This document shows positions 38,252-46,740 of a DNA stretch of 64,000 nucleotides, piece by piece. The stretch is from the NCBI GenBank assembly GCA_902780395.1, contig CACZFH010000002.1, forward strand, positions 22,335-86,334, read 5' to 3'. Position numbers and translations under genes: made by a program. The notes below the pieces were generated by a model, which was given only the letters and a program-made list of their open reading frames with translations, was not told where the DNA came from and searched no databases. Every line of letters starts with the position of its first letter. Position 1 is the stretch's first letter. This DNA comes from an uncultured Erysipelotrichaceae bacterium. Its GTDB lineage: Bacteria; Bacillota_I; Bacilli_A; RF39; UBA660.

Positions 38252-38625
38252 TGGTTAAAACAGATGGTACAACAATAAAAGTTTTTAGAGGAGATAGTGG
38301 TCATTTTGATATATCTAAAACTGATAGCGATGGAAATATAGAACAATTCAAACAGGGTGATAAAGTTATACTAAGTGTTAAAGAAAATTTTGGAGAAAAT
38401 AATGTATTACTTAGAAAAACTATAACCGTTGAAAATGATTGTGATAAAGTTGAATTTCCTATTACTGCAGAAGAAAGTATATCTTTAAGTTCATTAATAT
38501 CTGAACCAATTGAATATGAATATGATATTAAAGTTGAAGGTTCGGATTATTCAACAATTATAGGTCATGATGATTCAGGTGCTAAAATATTTAAAGTTTA
38601 TCCAACTGGAAGTGTTGATTCATGA
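38251..38625 (+). CDS. small tail-module protein
   Basis: ORF track; overlapping start and stop with neighbours. Confidence 0.5.
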   Translation: MVKTDGTTIKVFRGDSGHFDISKTDSDGNIEQFKQGDKVILSVKENFGENNVLLRKTITVENDCDKVEFPITAEESISLSSLISEPIEYEYDIKVEGSDYSTIIGHDDSGAKIFKVYPTGSVDS

Positions 38626-39680
38626 TAGAAGAAGAAAATGAAATAACAATTGATGTATCTTCGTCAAGTAGTATTAATACTTCTATCTCAGGAGATAATA
38701 ATATTAATACTAATATTGATTCATCTAATAGTGTATCTTCTTCTATAAATTCTTCTAGTGGTATTAATACTGATATCGAAGGCTATGGTCCACCTGGTCC
38801 AAAAGGTGCTGATGGAATTACTTGGATTCCTGAAATAGAAGAAGTTAATACTGTTGATTATAATGAAGAAGCTTCAGCTTCAGTTAGAACTTTACTTAAT
38901 AAAATGTTATTCATTTTTAATATACCTAAAGGAAAACCTGGAGATATGAGTAAATCAGTTTATGATACCAATGATAACGGTAATGTTGATAATGCTGATA
39001 ATGCTTTATCTCTTGATGGTTTATCAAAAACTGATATTTTAAATAGTCTTGATGATTTAGGAGATTCTTATACAAGCCTAGATCGTGCGTTAAGTACCTT
39101 CGAATCTTATATAGAAAATAAGATTGATAGTATAGAAACTCCACCAATAGGAATAATTAGTCCGTTTGGAGGAAGCAATGCTCCACCTGGTTGGTTGATA
39201 TGTGATGGAAGTGCAGTTTCACGTATTTTATATGATGAATTATTTCAAGTTATTGGAACGACTTATGGTAGTGGAGATGGATCTACTACTTTTAATTTGC
39301 CTGATTTGAGAAAAAAAATCCCTATTGGTTATTCAAGTAACGAAAATGGTTATGATACGATAGGCAATAGTATTGGTAATGAAACACATTCTTTAACTGT
39401 TGCAGAACTTGCTAAACACAATCATAGTGGTTCTACAGGAAATGCTGGAGGACATAGCCACTTAATGTACAATAAATGGAATACGTATGCTGCAGGTGAT
39501 ACAAGTGGTAATGGATTTACTTCACCAGGTAATGGCTGGAATCAAGATGGGTGGTCTGATAATTATACTAGTGCTGTAGGAGATCATTCTCACTCTGTTT
39601 CAATTGGAAATACTGGAAATGGAGATCCTTTTAGTCTTATTCAACCAAGTTTATTAATGAATTACATTATTAAGTGTTAG
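38622..39680 (+). CDS. tail fibre protein with a short collagen-like stretch and a phage tail-collar domain
   Basis: GYGPPGPKGADG. ISPFGGSNAPPGWLICDGSAVSRILYDELFQVIGTTYGSGDGSTTFNLPDLR is a classic tail-collar/MdpB-like motif. Confidence 0.75.
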   Translation: MIEEENEITIDVSSSSSINTSISGDNNINTNIDSSNSVSSSINSSSGINTDIEGYGPPGPKGADGITWIPEIEEVNTVDYNEEASASVRTLLNKMLFIFNIPKGKPGDMSKSVYDTNDNGNVDNADNALSLDGLSKTDILNSLDDLGDSYTSLDRALSTFESYIENKIDSIETPPIGIISPFGGSNAPPGWLICDGSAVSRILYDELFQVIGTTYGSGDGSTTFNLPDLRKKIPIGYSSNENGYDTIGNSIGNETHSLTVAELAKHNHSGSTGNAGGHSHLMYNKWNTYAAGDTSGNGFTSPGNGWNQDGWSDNYTSAVGDHSHSVSIGNTGNGDPFSLIQPSLLMNYIIKC

Positions 39681-40966
39681 GAGGTGTAATTATTAAACAA
39701 ATAATTTTAAATGTTACTACAGATAAAGTAACAATAAAACAAAATGCTAATCTTAATAAGGGAGAATACAATGTAACTAAATGTAAATTTCTCTTTGACA
39801 AAGATTATAATAATTTAGTGAAGAAAGCTGTGTTTTTTATAAATGATTCAGCTATTGAATTGAGTCTTGATTCAAATAATGAATGTTATGTTCCAAATGA
39901 ATGTTTAGTCTATAAAGGGAATATTGAAATTGGAGCATTCGGACTTATTTCTAATAACAATACTCTTGAAAAAGTATATTCTCCTGATCCTATATCGAAG
40001 GAAGTAATTGATGGTTCTTATACATCAAATACAACTAATACAGTTCCTCTTACTCCAACTGATAAGGAGCAAATAGAATCTGCAATTCAAACTAATGCAA
40101 ATAATATTGAGATTTTAGATGAAAATAAAGTTGATAAAGTTGAAGGATATGGTTTATCCAAAAATGATTTTACTGATACTCTTAAATCTAAACTTGATGG
40201 AATAGAAGCTTCAGCTGATGTAAATTTAATTGAAAGTATATCTGTAAATGGAACTGCTAGAACAATTACAAATAAAAATGTTGATATTATTGTTCCAACT
40301 AAAACAAGTGATTTAACAAATGATAGTGATTTTACTACTAATGATCATGTAGATAATGTTAAAGAATATTTAGAAGAAAAGATAGATGATAATACAGAAG
40401 CTATAGGTGATAATGCAGACGCAATTGATGAAATTAATAGTAATTTGTTAAATTATTCATTGATAAGTGAAACAGGAAATAAAATTCAATTATTGATGGA
40501 TACTTCTACATATAAAATAAAAGCTATTTTAAAAGATAAAAATAATAATACTATTGATACTTCTAATGAAATAGATTTACCAATGGAATCTGTTGTATTA
40601 AGTGTTACTTATAATAGTACAGATAAAGAATTAGTAATAACTCTTCAAAATGGATCTATTACTAGAGTTCCATTAACATCACTTATTTCGGGTCTTGTTA
40701 ATGTAGATACTTTGGAATCTACATTAGATGATTATGTTTTAGTTTCTGATTATAATGCAGCAATATCTAATTTGGAAACAGGTAAAGCTGATAAAAGCAC
40801 AACTTATACAAAAAATGAAGTTGATCAATTACTTATTGATGGTAATTATAATTTTGCTACTTTTGAATTAGATATTGATACAGGAGAATTATATTTGAGA
40901 AAAACAGATGATATGTTATTACAATTTAATATTGATGAAAATGGCTATTTGGAGGTGATTATTTAA
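39674..40966 (+). CDS. tail fibre / fibre-shaft protein
   Basis: ORF track; repetitive T/N/D-rich sequence. Start uncertain (GTG at 39674). Confidence 0.55.
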   Translation: MLGGVIIKQIILNVTTDKVTIKQNANLNKGEYNVTKCKFLFDKDYNNLVKKAVFFINDSAIELSLDSNNECYVPNECLVYKGNIEIGAFGLISNNNTLEKVYSPDPISKEVIDGSYTSNTTNTVPLTPTDKEQIESAIQTNANNIEILDENKVDKVEGYGLSKNDFTDTLKSKLDGIEASADVNLIESISVNGTARTITNKNVDIIVPTKTSDLTNDSDFTTNDHVDNVKEYLEEKIDDNTEAIGDNADAIDEINSNLLNYSLISETGNKIQLLMDTSTYKIKAILKDKNNNTIDTSNEIDLPMESVVLSVTYNSTDKELVITLQNGSITRVPLTSLISGLVNVDTLESTLDDYVLVSDYNAAISNLETGKADKSTTYTKNEVDQLLIDGNYNFATFELDIDTGELYLRKTDDMLLQFNIDENGYLEVII

Positions 40967-42915
40967 TGGCTATAAGAGAAAAAATAGGAAAAGTAAGTTA
41001 TGTTCATAAAGGAATATATAATTCATCAACTACTTATAACAGATTAGATGTTGTTAATTATAATGGATCTAGTTATGTATCAAGAACAGATAATAATACT
41101 AGTAGTCCAACAGATACAAGTGCATGGACTTTATTAGCATATTCACCAGTTAAGGGAATTGATTATTGGACCACACAAGAATTAGCTGATTTTGTACAAA
41201 AGACAGATCCTGAAACAATACCTAATAAGTTTACATTTACAACATTACCTGAAGCGAATATAGATCCTACTACAAATAATCAATTTACAAGGAAAAAATA
41301 TGTTGATGATAATGTTGCTAATATAAATGGATTCCTTCTTAATGGAACAAATCCAACAAAAATAAAAGATTTTTTAACTATGATGAGAGCTATGCTAGTT
41401 ACAGAAGGTGAATATGGTGTTGAATGGGATTTGTTCGCAACTAACAATAGTTCTAGCTGTACTAAATTGTATGATAATGTAGGATTAAGTATCACTCCTG
41501 GAACTGATTCAGTTGCAGAAGTAAACAATTATCCTAAAATATTTGAATCAATTGATTGTAATTATATCAATATTAATGGAGAAGATATTATTACAGCATT
41601 AAAAGGAATGTCTAATTATGGTGAGACTCCTTCAGAAATACAAGATGTTACAATTGATGGAGTAACTTATACTCCTGATGTTGGAACTGTACATTTTTCA
41701 AGATATGAAAAATATGGAATAAATAGTTCAGGGAAAATGGAATACTCTATGTCATGGATTCCAAGAGATGGATATACTCTTATTGATTTAGGAAAAGATA
41801 AAAATGGAAACTTTAAACCATATTTCATTATTGCAAAATATGTTGCAGGATATGATAATAATAACAAAGTAAGAAGTGCTGCAGGATTAGATCCTGCATG
41901 TCATTTAACAGGTTCTTCTGCAGGAGATGAAAATGCAGATCATAACATGAATTATACAAATTGTATTACTATTTTCCATACAAGAGGTAATTATTATTCT
42001 GCTGCTTTAATGTCAGAATATGGATTTATTATGAGAGACTTTTGGTTAAAGTTCGCCACAAGAAACACTCAATCAATTATGGCTGGAAATACATCAAACA
42101 ACTATCAATATGCTGTAGCGACTGCTGAAACAGGAGTTCATAGAGTTGTTTTAACAAATGCACAAGCTGCAAATATTGATTTATTAAGTTGTGTTTCTGT
42201 TGGTGATAGAGGCACTGCCACTAATAATGATCGTATTAATAAATATCTTCACAATATTTGTAAATCTGCTAGAGTAATAGCTAAAGAAACTGTAGATACA
42301 GATCATACAGCTTTAATTCTTGATCATGCTAACTTTAACACTACTTCTACTACTTATGTTTCTACAATGCACGAAAGAAGTGGTTATAGTAAGTTTGTAA
42401 GAGGTAGATATGGCTCTCCTATAAATAACACTAATGGAAAACATGGAATGGTGTTTAATGGTATAGAAATAGCTGTAGGAGGCTATGAAGTAGCAGGTAA
42501 TGCAATACTAGATATTATAGATAATACAGGAAAGAGAGAAGTTTATGTGACTAATAATGCAACAAAACTAAGTGGAACTGTTGCAACTATTAAAGATACA
42601 TATACAAAATCCTCTTTATCAATTCAACCAACTACATTAAACGCATGGAATTACATAACTAGATACGATTATGATCTTACTAATGGTTTAATGGTACCTA
42701 CAGAAGCAGGTCAAAGTGGATCAGGAACTTCTACAGGATTTGCAGATGGATTATATGTGGATAATGCAACAAGTGGTCAAAGGGAATGCTTGTGGCTCGG
42801 CTTTCTGAATGCTTATGGTCTTGCTGGCATGTCCTGTCTCCATACGCGTAGTGGCTTATCACTTGTTAATTGGTTTATCCTCGCTCGTCTCTCAACAAAT
42901 GGTGTAAGGGGGTGA
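40966..42915 (+). CDS. distal tail-fibre / receptor-binding protein; DGR target gene with a C-terminal variable region
   Basis: 649 aa. N-terminal fibre motif (YNRLDVVNYNGSSYVS...SAWTLLA). The C-terminal 38 codons are the VR copy of the downstream TR. Confidence 0.8.
   Translation: MAIREKIGKVSYVHKGIYNSSTTYNRLDVVNYNGSSYVSRTDNNTSSPTDTSAWTLLAYSPVKGIDYWTTQELADFVQKTDPETIPNKFTFTTLPEANIDPTTNNQFTRKKYVDDNVANINGFLLNGTNPTKIKDFLTMMRAMLVTEGEYGVEWDLFATNNSSSCTKLYDNVGLSITPGTDSVAEVNNYPKIFESIDCNYININGEDIITALKGMSNYGETPSEIQDVTIDGVTYTPDVGTVHFSRYEKYGINSSGKMEYSMSWIPRDGYTLIDLGKDKNGNFKPYFIIAKYVAGYDNNNKVRSAAGLDPACHLTGSSAGDENADHNMNYTNCITIFHTRGNYYSAALMSEYGFIMRDFWLKFATRNTQSIMAGNTSNNYQYAVATAETGVHRVVLTNAQAANIDLLSCVSVGDRGTATNNDRINKYLHNICKSARVIAKETVDTDHTALILDHANFNTTSTTYVSTMHERSGYSKFVRGRYGSPINNTNGKHGMVFNGIEIAVGGYEVAGNAILDIIDNTGKREVYVTNNATKLSGTVATIKDTYTKSSLSIQPTTLNAWNYITRYDYDLTNGLMVPTEAGQSGSGTSTGFADGLYVDNATSGQRECLWLGFLNAYGLAGMSCLHTRSGLSLVNWFILARLSTNGVRG
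42787..42900 (+). repeat. DGR variable region (VR)
   Basis: Aligns base-for-base with 42999-43112 (offset 212). 18 of the 23 mismatches are at positions where the TR has A. Confidence 0.9.
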
Positions 42916-42946
42916 ATTGGCCTTGCCAAGAGGGGACTCCCCCTTA
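42905..42946 (+). promoter_or_regulatory. GC-rich hairpin immediately 3' of the VR (candidate DGR target-recognition structure)
   Basis: taaggggg (42905-42912) pairs with ccccctta (42939-42946). Inner stem ttgg/ccaa. It spans the stop codon at 42913-42915. Confidence 0.55.
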
Positions 42947-42960
42947 ATTAATTAAAAGTA

Positions 42961-42969
42961 TGCTATAAT
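42961..42969 (+). promoter_or_regulatory. extended -10 promoter element TGcTATAAT upstream of the TR
   Basis: Exact TGnTATAAT match 30 nt before the TR start. Confidence 0.4.
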
Positions 42970-42998
42970 ATTAATGAGGACCCGAAAAAGAGGTTTTT

Positions 42999-43112
42999 TG
43001 CTTGTGGCTCGGCAATCTGAATAATAATGGTAATGCTGGCTTGTCCTGTCTCAATACGAATAATGGAATATCAAATGGTAATTGGAATATCCTCGCTCGT
43101 ACCTCAAGATAT
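42999..43112 (+). repeat. DGR template repeat (TR)
   Basis: Non-coding copy of the VR. Read in the VR frame it contains 11 AAT codons (CLWLGNLNNNGNAGLSCLNTNNGISNGNWNILARTS). Confidence 0.9.
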
Positions 43113-43326
43113 AATTAATATGAGTTAAATTTTCAGGGCCGTACCCAAGAAGGACATAGATGTAAATCTATCTCATTTAGCATAGCTAAAATTTAAGATT
43201 GAAACACCAACTTGAAAGTTCTACAAAGCACATCAAGAGAACGATTAGAGACGTTATATGTTAATGGATATAATGTGGGGTTAGTAGTAAAGTCCGAAAG
43301 CCCCTGATATCTTGAGAGGTTATATT

Positions 43327-44571
43327 ATGAAACGATATTTAAAGAATTTTGAGTTATCAGAGGAATTTGTTAGAAATTGTCTCTTTGATTGTTTAGGTGG
43401 CTCACCTACGAGAAAGTCAAGATGGAAAGAAAAAAAGACTATCTTTTTTCTTGCAGAATATTTGATGAAGTGGGAATATCTTCATAATTTTCAAGAGATA
43501 TCTAATATTAAAACTATTGCATATAGGCTATATAATTATGCTATTAATGATAAAGAAAAACTTTATCCTATAGTTAATTATGCAGCTCATGAAATGTTTT
43601 TAGAAATAAAAAATAGATCAATTAGATTAAAGAAGATTAATTATAACACTATAATTGATAAAGGATCTAAAAAAACACGTATAATCGGCTCTGCTAGTAT
43701 GAAACAACAATGTTATGATTATGTTGTTGTAAATGCTTTAAAAGATATGTTTAATGCCAAGATTGGTCATTATCAATGTGCCAGTCTTCCAAAAAAAGGC
43801 CAATTATTCGGAAAACAAGCAATTGAAACATGGATAAGAACTAATCCTAAAAAATGCAAGTGGTTTTTTAAGGCTGATGTTAAACAATTTTATCCAAGTG
43901 TTAATCATTCGATTGCTAAAAGATTATTAAAAAGAGATATTAAAAATAAAGATATACTTTATTTAGCATATACATTAATTGATACATACGGAGAAGTGGG
44001 ATTATGTATTGGTTCATATTTTTGTCAATATATGGCTAATTACATAATGTCTTATCCTTATCATTATGTTACTGAAATGTTATATCTAATAAGACGTGGA
44101 AAAAGGTATAATTTAATACATCATACCTTGTTTTATATGGACGATATAATTCTTATCGGAAGTAACAAAAAACACGTCAAAAAGGCTGCAATTGAGCTTG
44201 AAAAGTATCTTAGTAAATTCTTTTATTTAAAATTAAAATTGGATTATCAATTATTTCCTATAGATAGCAGGCCAATAGATATGATGGGATATAAAATATA
44301 TTCAGATCATACTACAATAAGAAAAAGAATATTTAAACCTGCAAATAGGTTATTTAGTAAAGTTAAAGGGAAAGATACAATGACATTAAAAGAAGCTCAA
44401 GCATTAGCCTCTTATTATGGTTATTTTAAATATACCAATAGTTATAAATATAAAAAGAAAGTAAAAATGAATCGCTCTATAAGAGTAGCGAAGGAGGTAA
44501 TATCAAATGAAGCAAAGAATAGCAGAGTTCCCAACACAACAGGGACCTTATCTATATCAACTGCAAAATGA
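43327..44571 (+). CDS. DGR reverse transcriptase
   Basis: YMDD active-site box (44134-44145). IGSYFCQ (44008-44028) sits where DGR RTs carry [ILV]GxxxSQ. ATG preceded by RBS gagagg. Adjacent to the TR. Confidence 0.88.
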   Translation: MKRYLKNFELSEEFVRNCLFDCLGGSPTRKSRWKEKKTIFFLAEYLMKWEYLHNFQEISNIKTIAYRLYNYAINDKEKLYPIVNYAAHEMFLEIKNRSIRLKKINYNTIIDKGSKKTRIIGSASMKQQCYDYVVVNALKDMFNAKIGHYQCASLPKKGQLFGKQAIETWIRTNPKKCKWFFKADVKQFYPSVNHSIAKRLLKRDIKNKDILYLAYTLIDTYGEVGLCIGSYFCQYMANYIMSYPYHYVTEMLYLIRRGKRYNLIHHTLFYMDDIILIGSNKKHVKKAAIELEKYLSKFFYLKLKLDYQLFPIDSRPIDMMGYKIYSDHTTIRKRIFKPANRLFSKVKGKDTMTLKEAQALASYYGYFKYTNSYKYKKKVKMNRSIRVAKEVISNEAKNSRVPNTTGTLSISTAK

Positions 44572-44821
44572 TGGACGTGCAGTTGTTTTTATTAGAGATT
44601 TTATTAGAGAAGATCATAGAGAATCTGAAGAAGGAACCGAAGAGGTTCTTTTTGTTTACAATGAAAATGAATTTATTGTAAATTCTGAAGAAATAACAGA
44701 AGAAATGATTGCAGCAAATCCATTAAGTTGGATTGATTATGATAATACAGAACCAACATTTGAAGAACAGGTAATAACTGCTTTAAATGACATTGGTGAG
44801 TTTTTAGGAGGGTTGCTATAA
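44507..44821 (+). CDS. acidic small phage protein (XkdW-like position)
   Basis: Strong RBS aaggagg before the ATG. Overlaps the RT 3' end by 65 nt in another frame. Confidence 0.55.
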   Translation: MKQRIAEFPTQQGPYLYQLQNDGRAVVFIRDFIREDHRESEEGTEEVLFVYNENEFIVNSEEITEEMIAANPLSWIDYDNTEPTFEEQVITALNDIGEFLGGLL

Positions 44822-44934
44822 TGGTACAGTTTTATGTGAAATTAGTAAGAGAAGGTAAAAAAAGAATAGATCAAGTTCCACCAATTTGGAGAGAAGAAGT
44901 AAGAAAAATAATAGAAGGTGAGGATATTATATGA
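44821..44934 (+). CDS. XkdX-like small phage protein (37 aa)
   Basis: Own translation: MVQFYVKLVREGKKRIDQVPPIWREEVRKIIEGEDII. This small-protein type commonly precedes holins in Firmicutes phages. Its stop overlaps the next ATG. Confidence 0.5.
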   Translation: MVQFYVKLVREGKKRIDQVPPIWREEVRKIIEGEDII

Positions 44935-45245
44935 CATTTGATAGTATCAAAAACTTCTTTGTAGTATTATTTGCTTTATGTGGTGCTATCTCTGTTGTTG
45001 GTGGTGCAATTAATCTAATTTTGAATTGGAAAAAAGGAAGCAAAATAACTAAACATGAAATAACTTTACAAAATCATGAAAGAAGAATAAAAAAATTAGA
45101 AGACGATTCGGAAGGACAAGAATCATTTACAAAAGTTTTATGTAATTCTGTCTTGGCATTAGTCAGTCATGAAATAAATGGTAATTCTCATGACAAATTA
45201 GAGAAAGCTCAGGAAGAGCTTCAAGAATTTTTAATAAATAAATAA
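44931..45245 (+). CDS. membrane / coiled-coil lysis-cassette protein (holin-associated, XhlA-like?)
   Basis: N-terminal TM segment (FFVVLFALCGAISVVGGAINLIL), then a coiled coil. Confidence 0.45.
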   Translation: MTFDSIKNFFVVLFALCGAISVVGGAINLILNWKKGSKITKHEITLQNHERRIKKLEDDSEGQESFTKVLCNSVLALVSHEINGNSHDKLEKAQEELQEFLINK

Positions 45246-45265
45246 TTAAATGAGGAGGTAATATT

Positions 45266-45517
45266 ATGAATACTGAATACCTAATTGCATTAATATCTAT
45301 TGTAGTTGAAATTGTATTAGGATTTGTTGCAAAAAAACACCCTAAATTTAAAAATCAGTTAATACCTATCCAAAATATATTAGTTGGTGTAATAATTGCA
45401 ATAATAAAATATTTCATCACAAAAGATTTTAGTTTTGCAATAGCTGCAAGTGGATTAATTGCAGGTGGAACATATGATATAGTCCATAATTTAAGAAAAT
45501 TGAAGGGAGAAGAATAA
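45266..45517 (+). CDS. holin
   Basis: 83 aa with hydrophobic helices and a charged C-terminus (NLRKLKGEE). Immediately upstream of the endolysin. Confidence 0.7.
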   Translation: MNTEYLIALISIVVEIVLGFVAKKHPKFKNQLIPIQNILVGVIIAIIKYFITKDFSFAIAASGLIAGGTYDIVHNLRKLKGEE

Positions 45518-45518
45518 T

Positions 45519-46526
45519 ATGCAAAAATTTGGAATTGATTTATCACACCATAACGCAGGAATTAATTTTAATATTTTAAAAGATACTGGAGTAGAATTTG
45601 CTATTTTAAGGGCTGGTTATACTGGCTATGGAAATGGAGTAAGTAAAGCTAAAGACAACCAATTTGAAAATTTTTATAATCAATGTAAAGAAAAAGGAAT
45701 TGGTGTAGGAGCTTATTGGTTTACGTGTGCTAATTCATATGAAAAAGGTGTATCTGAAGCTAATTGGATTTATGAAAATTGTTTAAAAGGAAAGCAATTC
45801 GATTATCCTATATATATTGATGTTGAAGATGATACTGGTGAACGTCGTTGGTTAAGAAATGCAGGGAAAGAAGCAATTACTGATGGTATATGTGGCTTTT
45901 GTGAAAGACTTGAAGAACTTGGTTATTATGTAGGAATATACGCTAATCAAGATTGGTTTAATAATTGGATTAATCAAGAAAGAGTTAAACGATATGATAA
46001 ATGGTTAGCTTATTGGACAAAAAATAAACCTAGTAACTACCTTGCTAATACAATGTGGCAATTTGGTGGAGAAACAAATTATGTAAGAAGTCCATATATT
46101 GCAGGTCAATGTGTAGATCAAGATTATTGCTATTATGATTATCCAGAAATTATTAAAAAACTTGGATTTAATGGATATCCAAAAAATACTACAACTCAAA
46201 CACCTAGTTCACCTTCAAAACCAGTTAAGAAAAGTATAGACGAGATTGCTAGAGATGTTATTAATGGTAAGTATGGAAATTATCCAGAAAGAAAAACAAA
46301 TCTTGAAGCTGAGGGATATAATTATTCTGAAGTGCAAGGTAGAGTAAATGAAATATTAAATGGAACATCTTCTCCAACAGCCCAATATTATACAGTTGTA
46401 GCAGGTGATAATTTAACTAGAATAGCAAATAGATATAATACTACAGTCAATAATCTATTAAAGTTAAATCCTAATATAAAAAATAAAAATTTAATATATG
46501 TAGATCAAAAAGTAAGAGTTAAATAA
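45519..46526 (+). CDS. endolysin: GH25 muramidase + Cpl-7-like repeat + LysM
   Basis: FGIDLSHHN...YWF (GH25-type N-terminus). IARDVINGKYGNYPERKTNLEAEGYNYSEVQGRVNEIL (CW_7-like). YYTVVAGDNLTRIANRYNTTVNNLLKLN (LysM). Confidence 0.85.
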   Translation: MQKFGIDLSHHNAGINFNILKDTGVEFAILRAGYTGYGNGVSKAKDNQFENFYNQCKEKGIGVGAYWFTCANSYEKGVSEANWIYENCLKGKQFDYPIYIDVEDDTGERRWLRNAGKEAITDGICGFCERLEELGYYVGIYANQDWFNNWINQERVKRYDKWLAYWTKNKPSNYLANTMWQFGGETNYVRSPYIAGQCVDQDYCYYDYPEIIKKLGFNGYPKNTTTQTPSSPSKPVKKSIDEIARDVINGKYGNYPERKTNLEAEGYNYSEVQGRVNEILNGTSSPTAQYYTVVAGDNLTRIANRYNTTVNNLLKLNPNIKNKNLIYVDQKVRVK

Positions 46527-46530
46527 AAGA

Positions 46531-46561
46531 AGTTAGCCAATTAAGGCTAACTTTTTTTTTG
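46531..46561 (+). terminator. intrinsic terminator ending the late operon
   Basis: Stem agttagcc / loop aattaa / stem ggctaact, followed by a T9-10 run. Confidence 0.8.
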
Positions 46562-46740
46562 CACAAAAAAAGTTAAAAAATGTGCAAAATTGTATTTTTA
46601 ATACAATTTTTGCATGAAAATTGTAAAAATGAGAGAAAAAATCACATATTTGAGTATAAAATGTATCTGAATTTTAAAAATTAGTCATTTGCATATATAT
46701 TTATATTGTTATATTATATCGCCTGAAAGGAGGGATTATA

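Noticed and set aside
42999-43112. Additional VR copies (second DGR target) elsewhere in the window.
   Set aside because: By eye I found the distinctive GC-rich anchors (tgtggctcgg, cctcgctcgt) only in the VR and the TR. A computational search with the TR (A-masked) against the whole genome is still needed.
44507-44821. The 104-aa ORF after the RT as the DGR accessory protein Avd.
   Set aside because: It is strongly acidic (many E/D), whereas Avd is basic. It also lies downstream of the RT, in the position of XkdW/XkdX-type genes preceding the holin. This is only a composition and synteny argument, so a profile search is still worthwhile.
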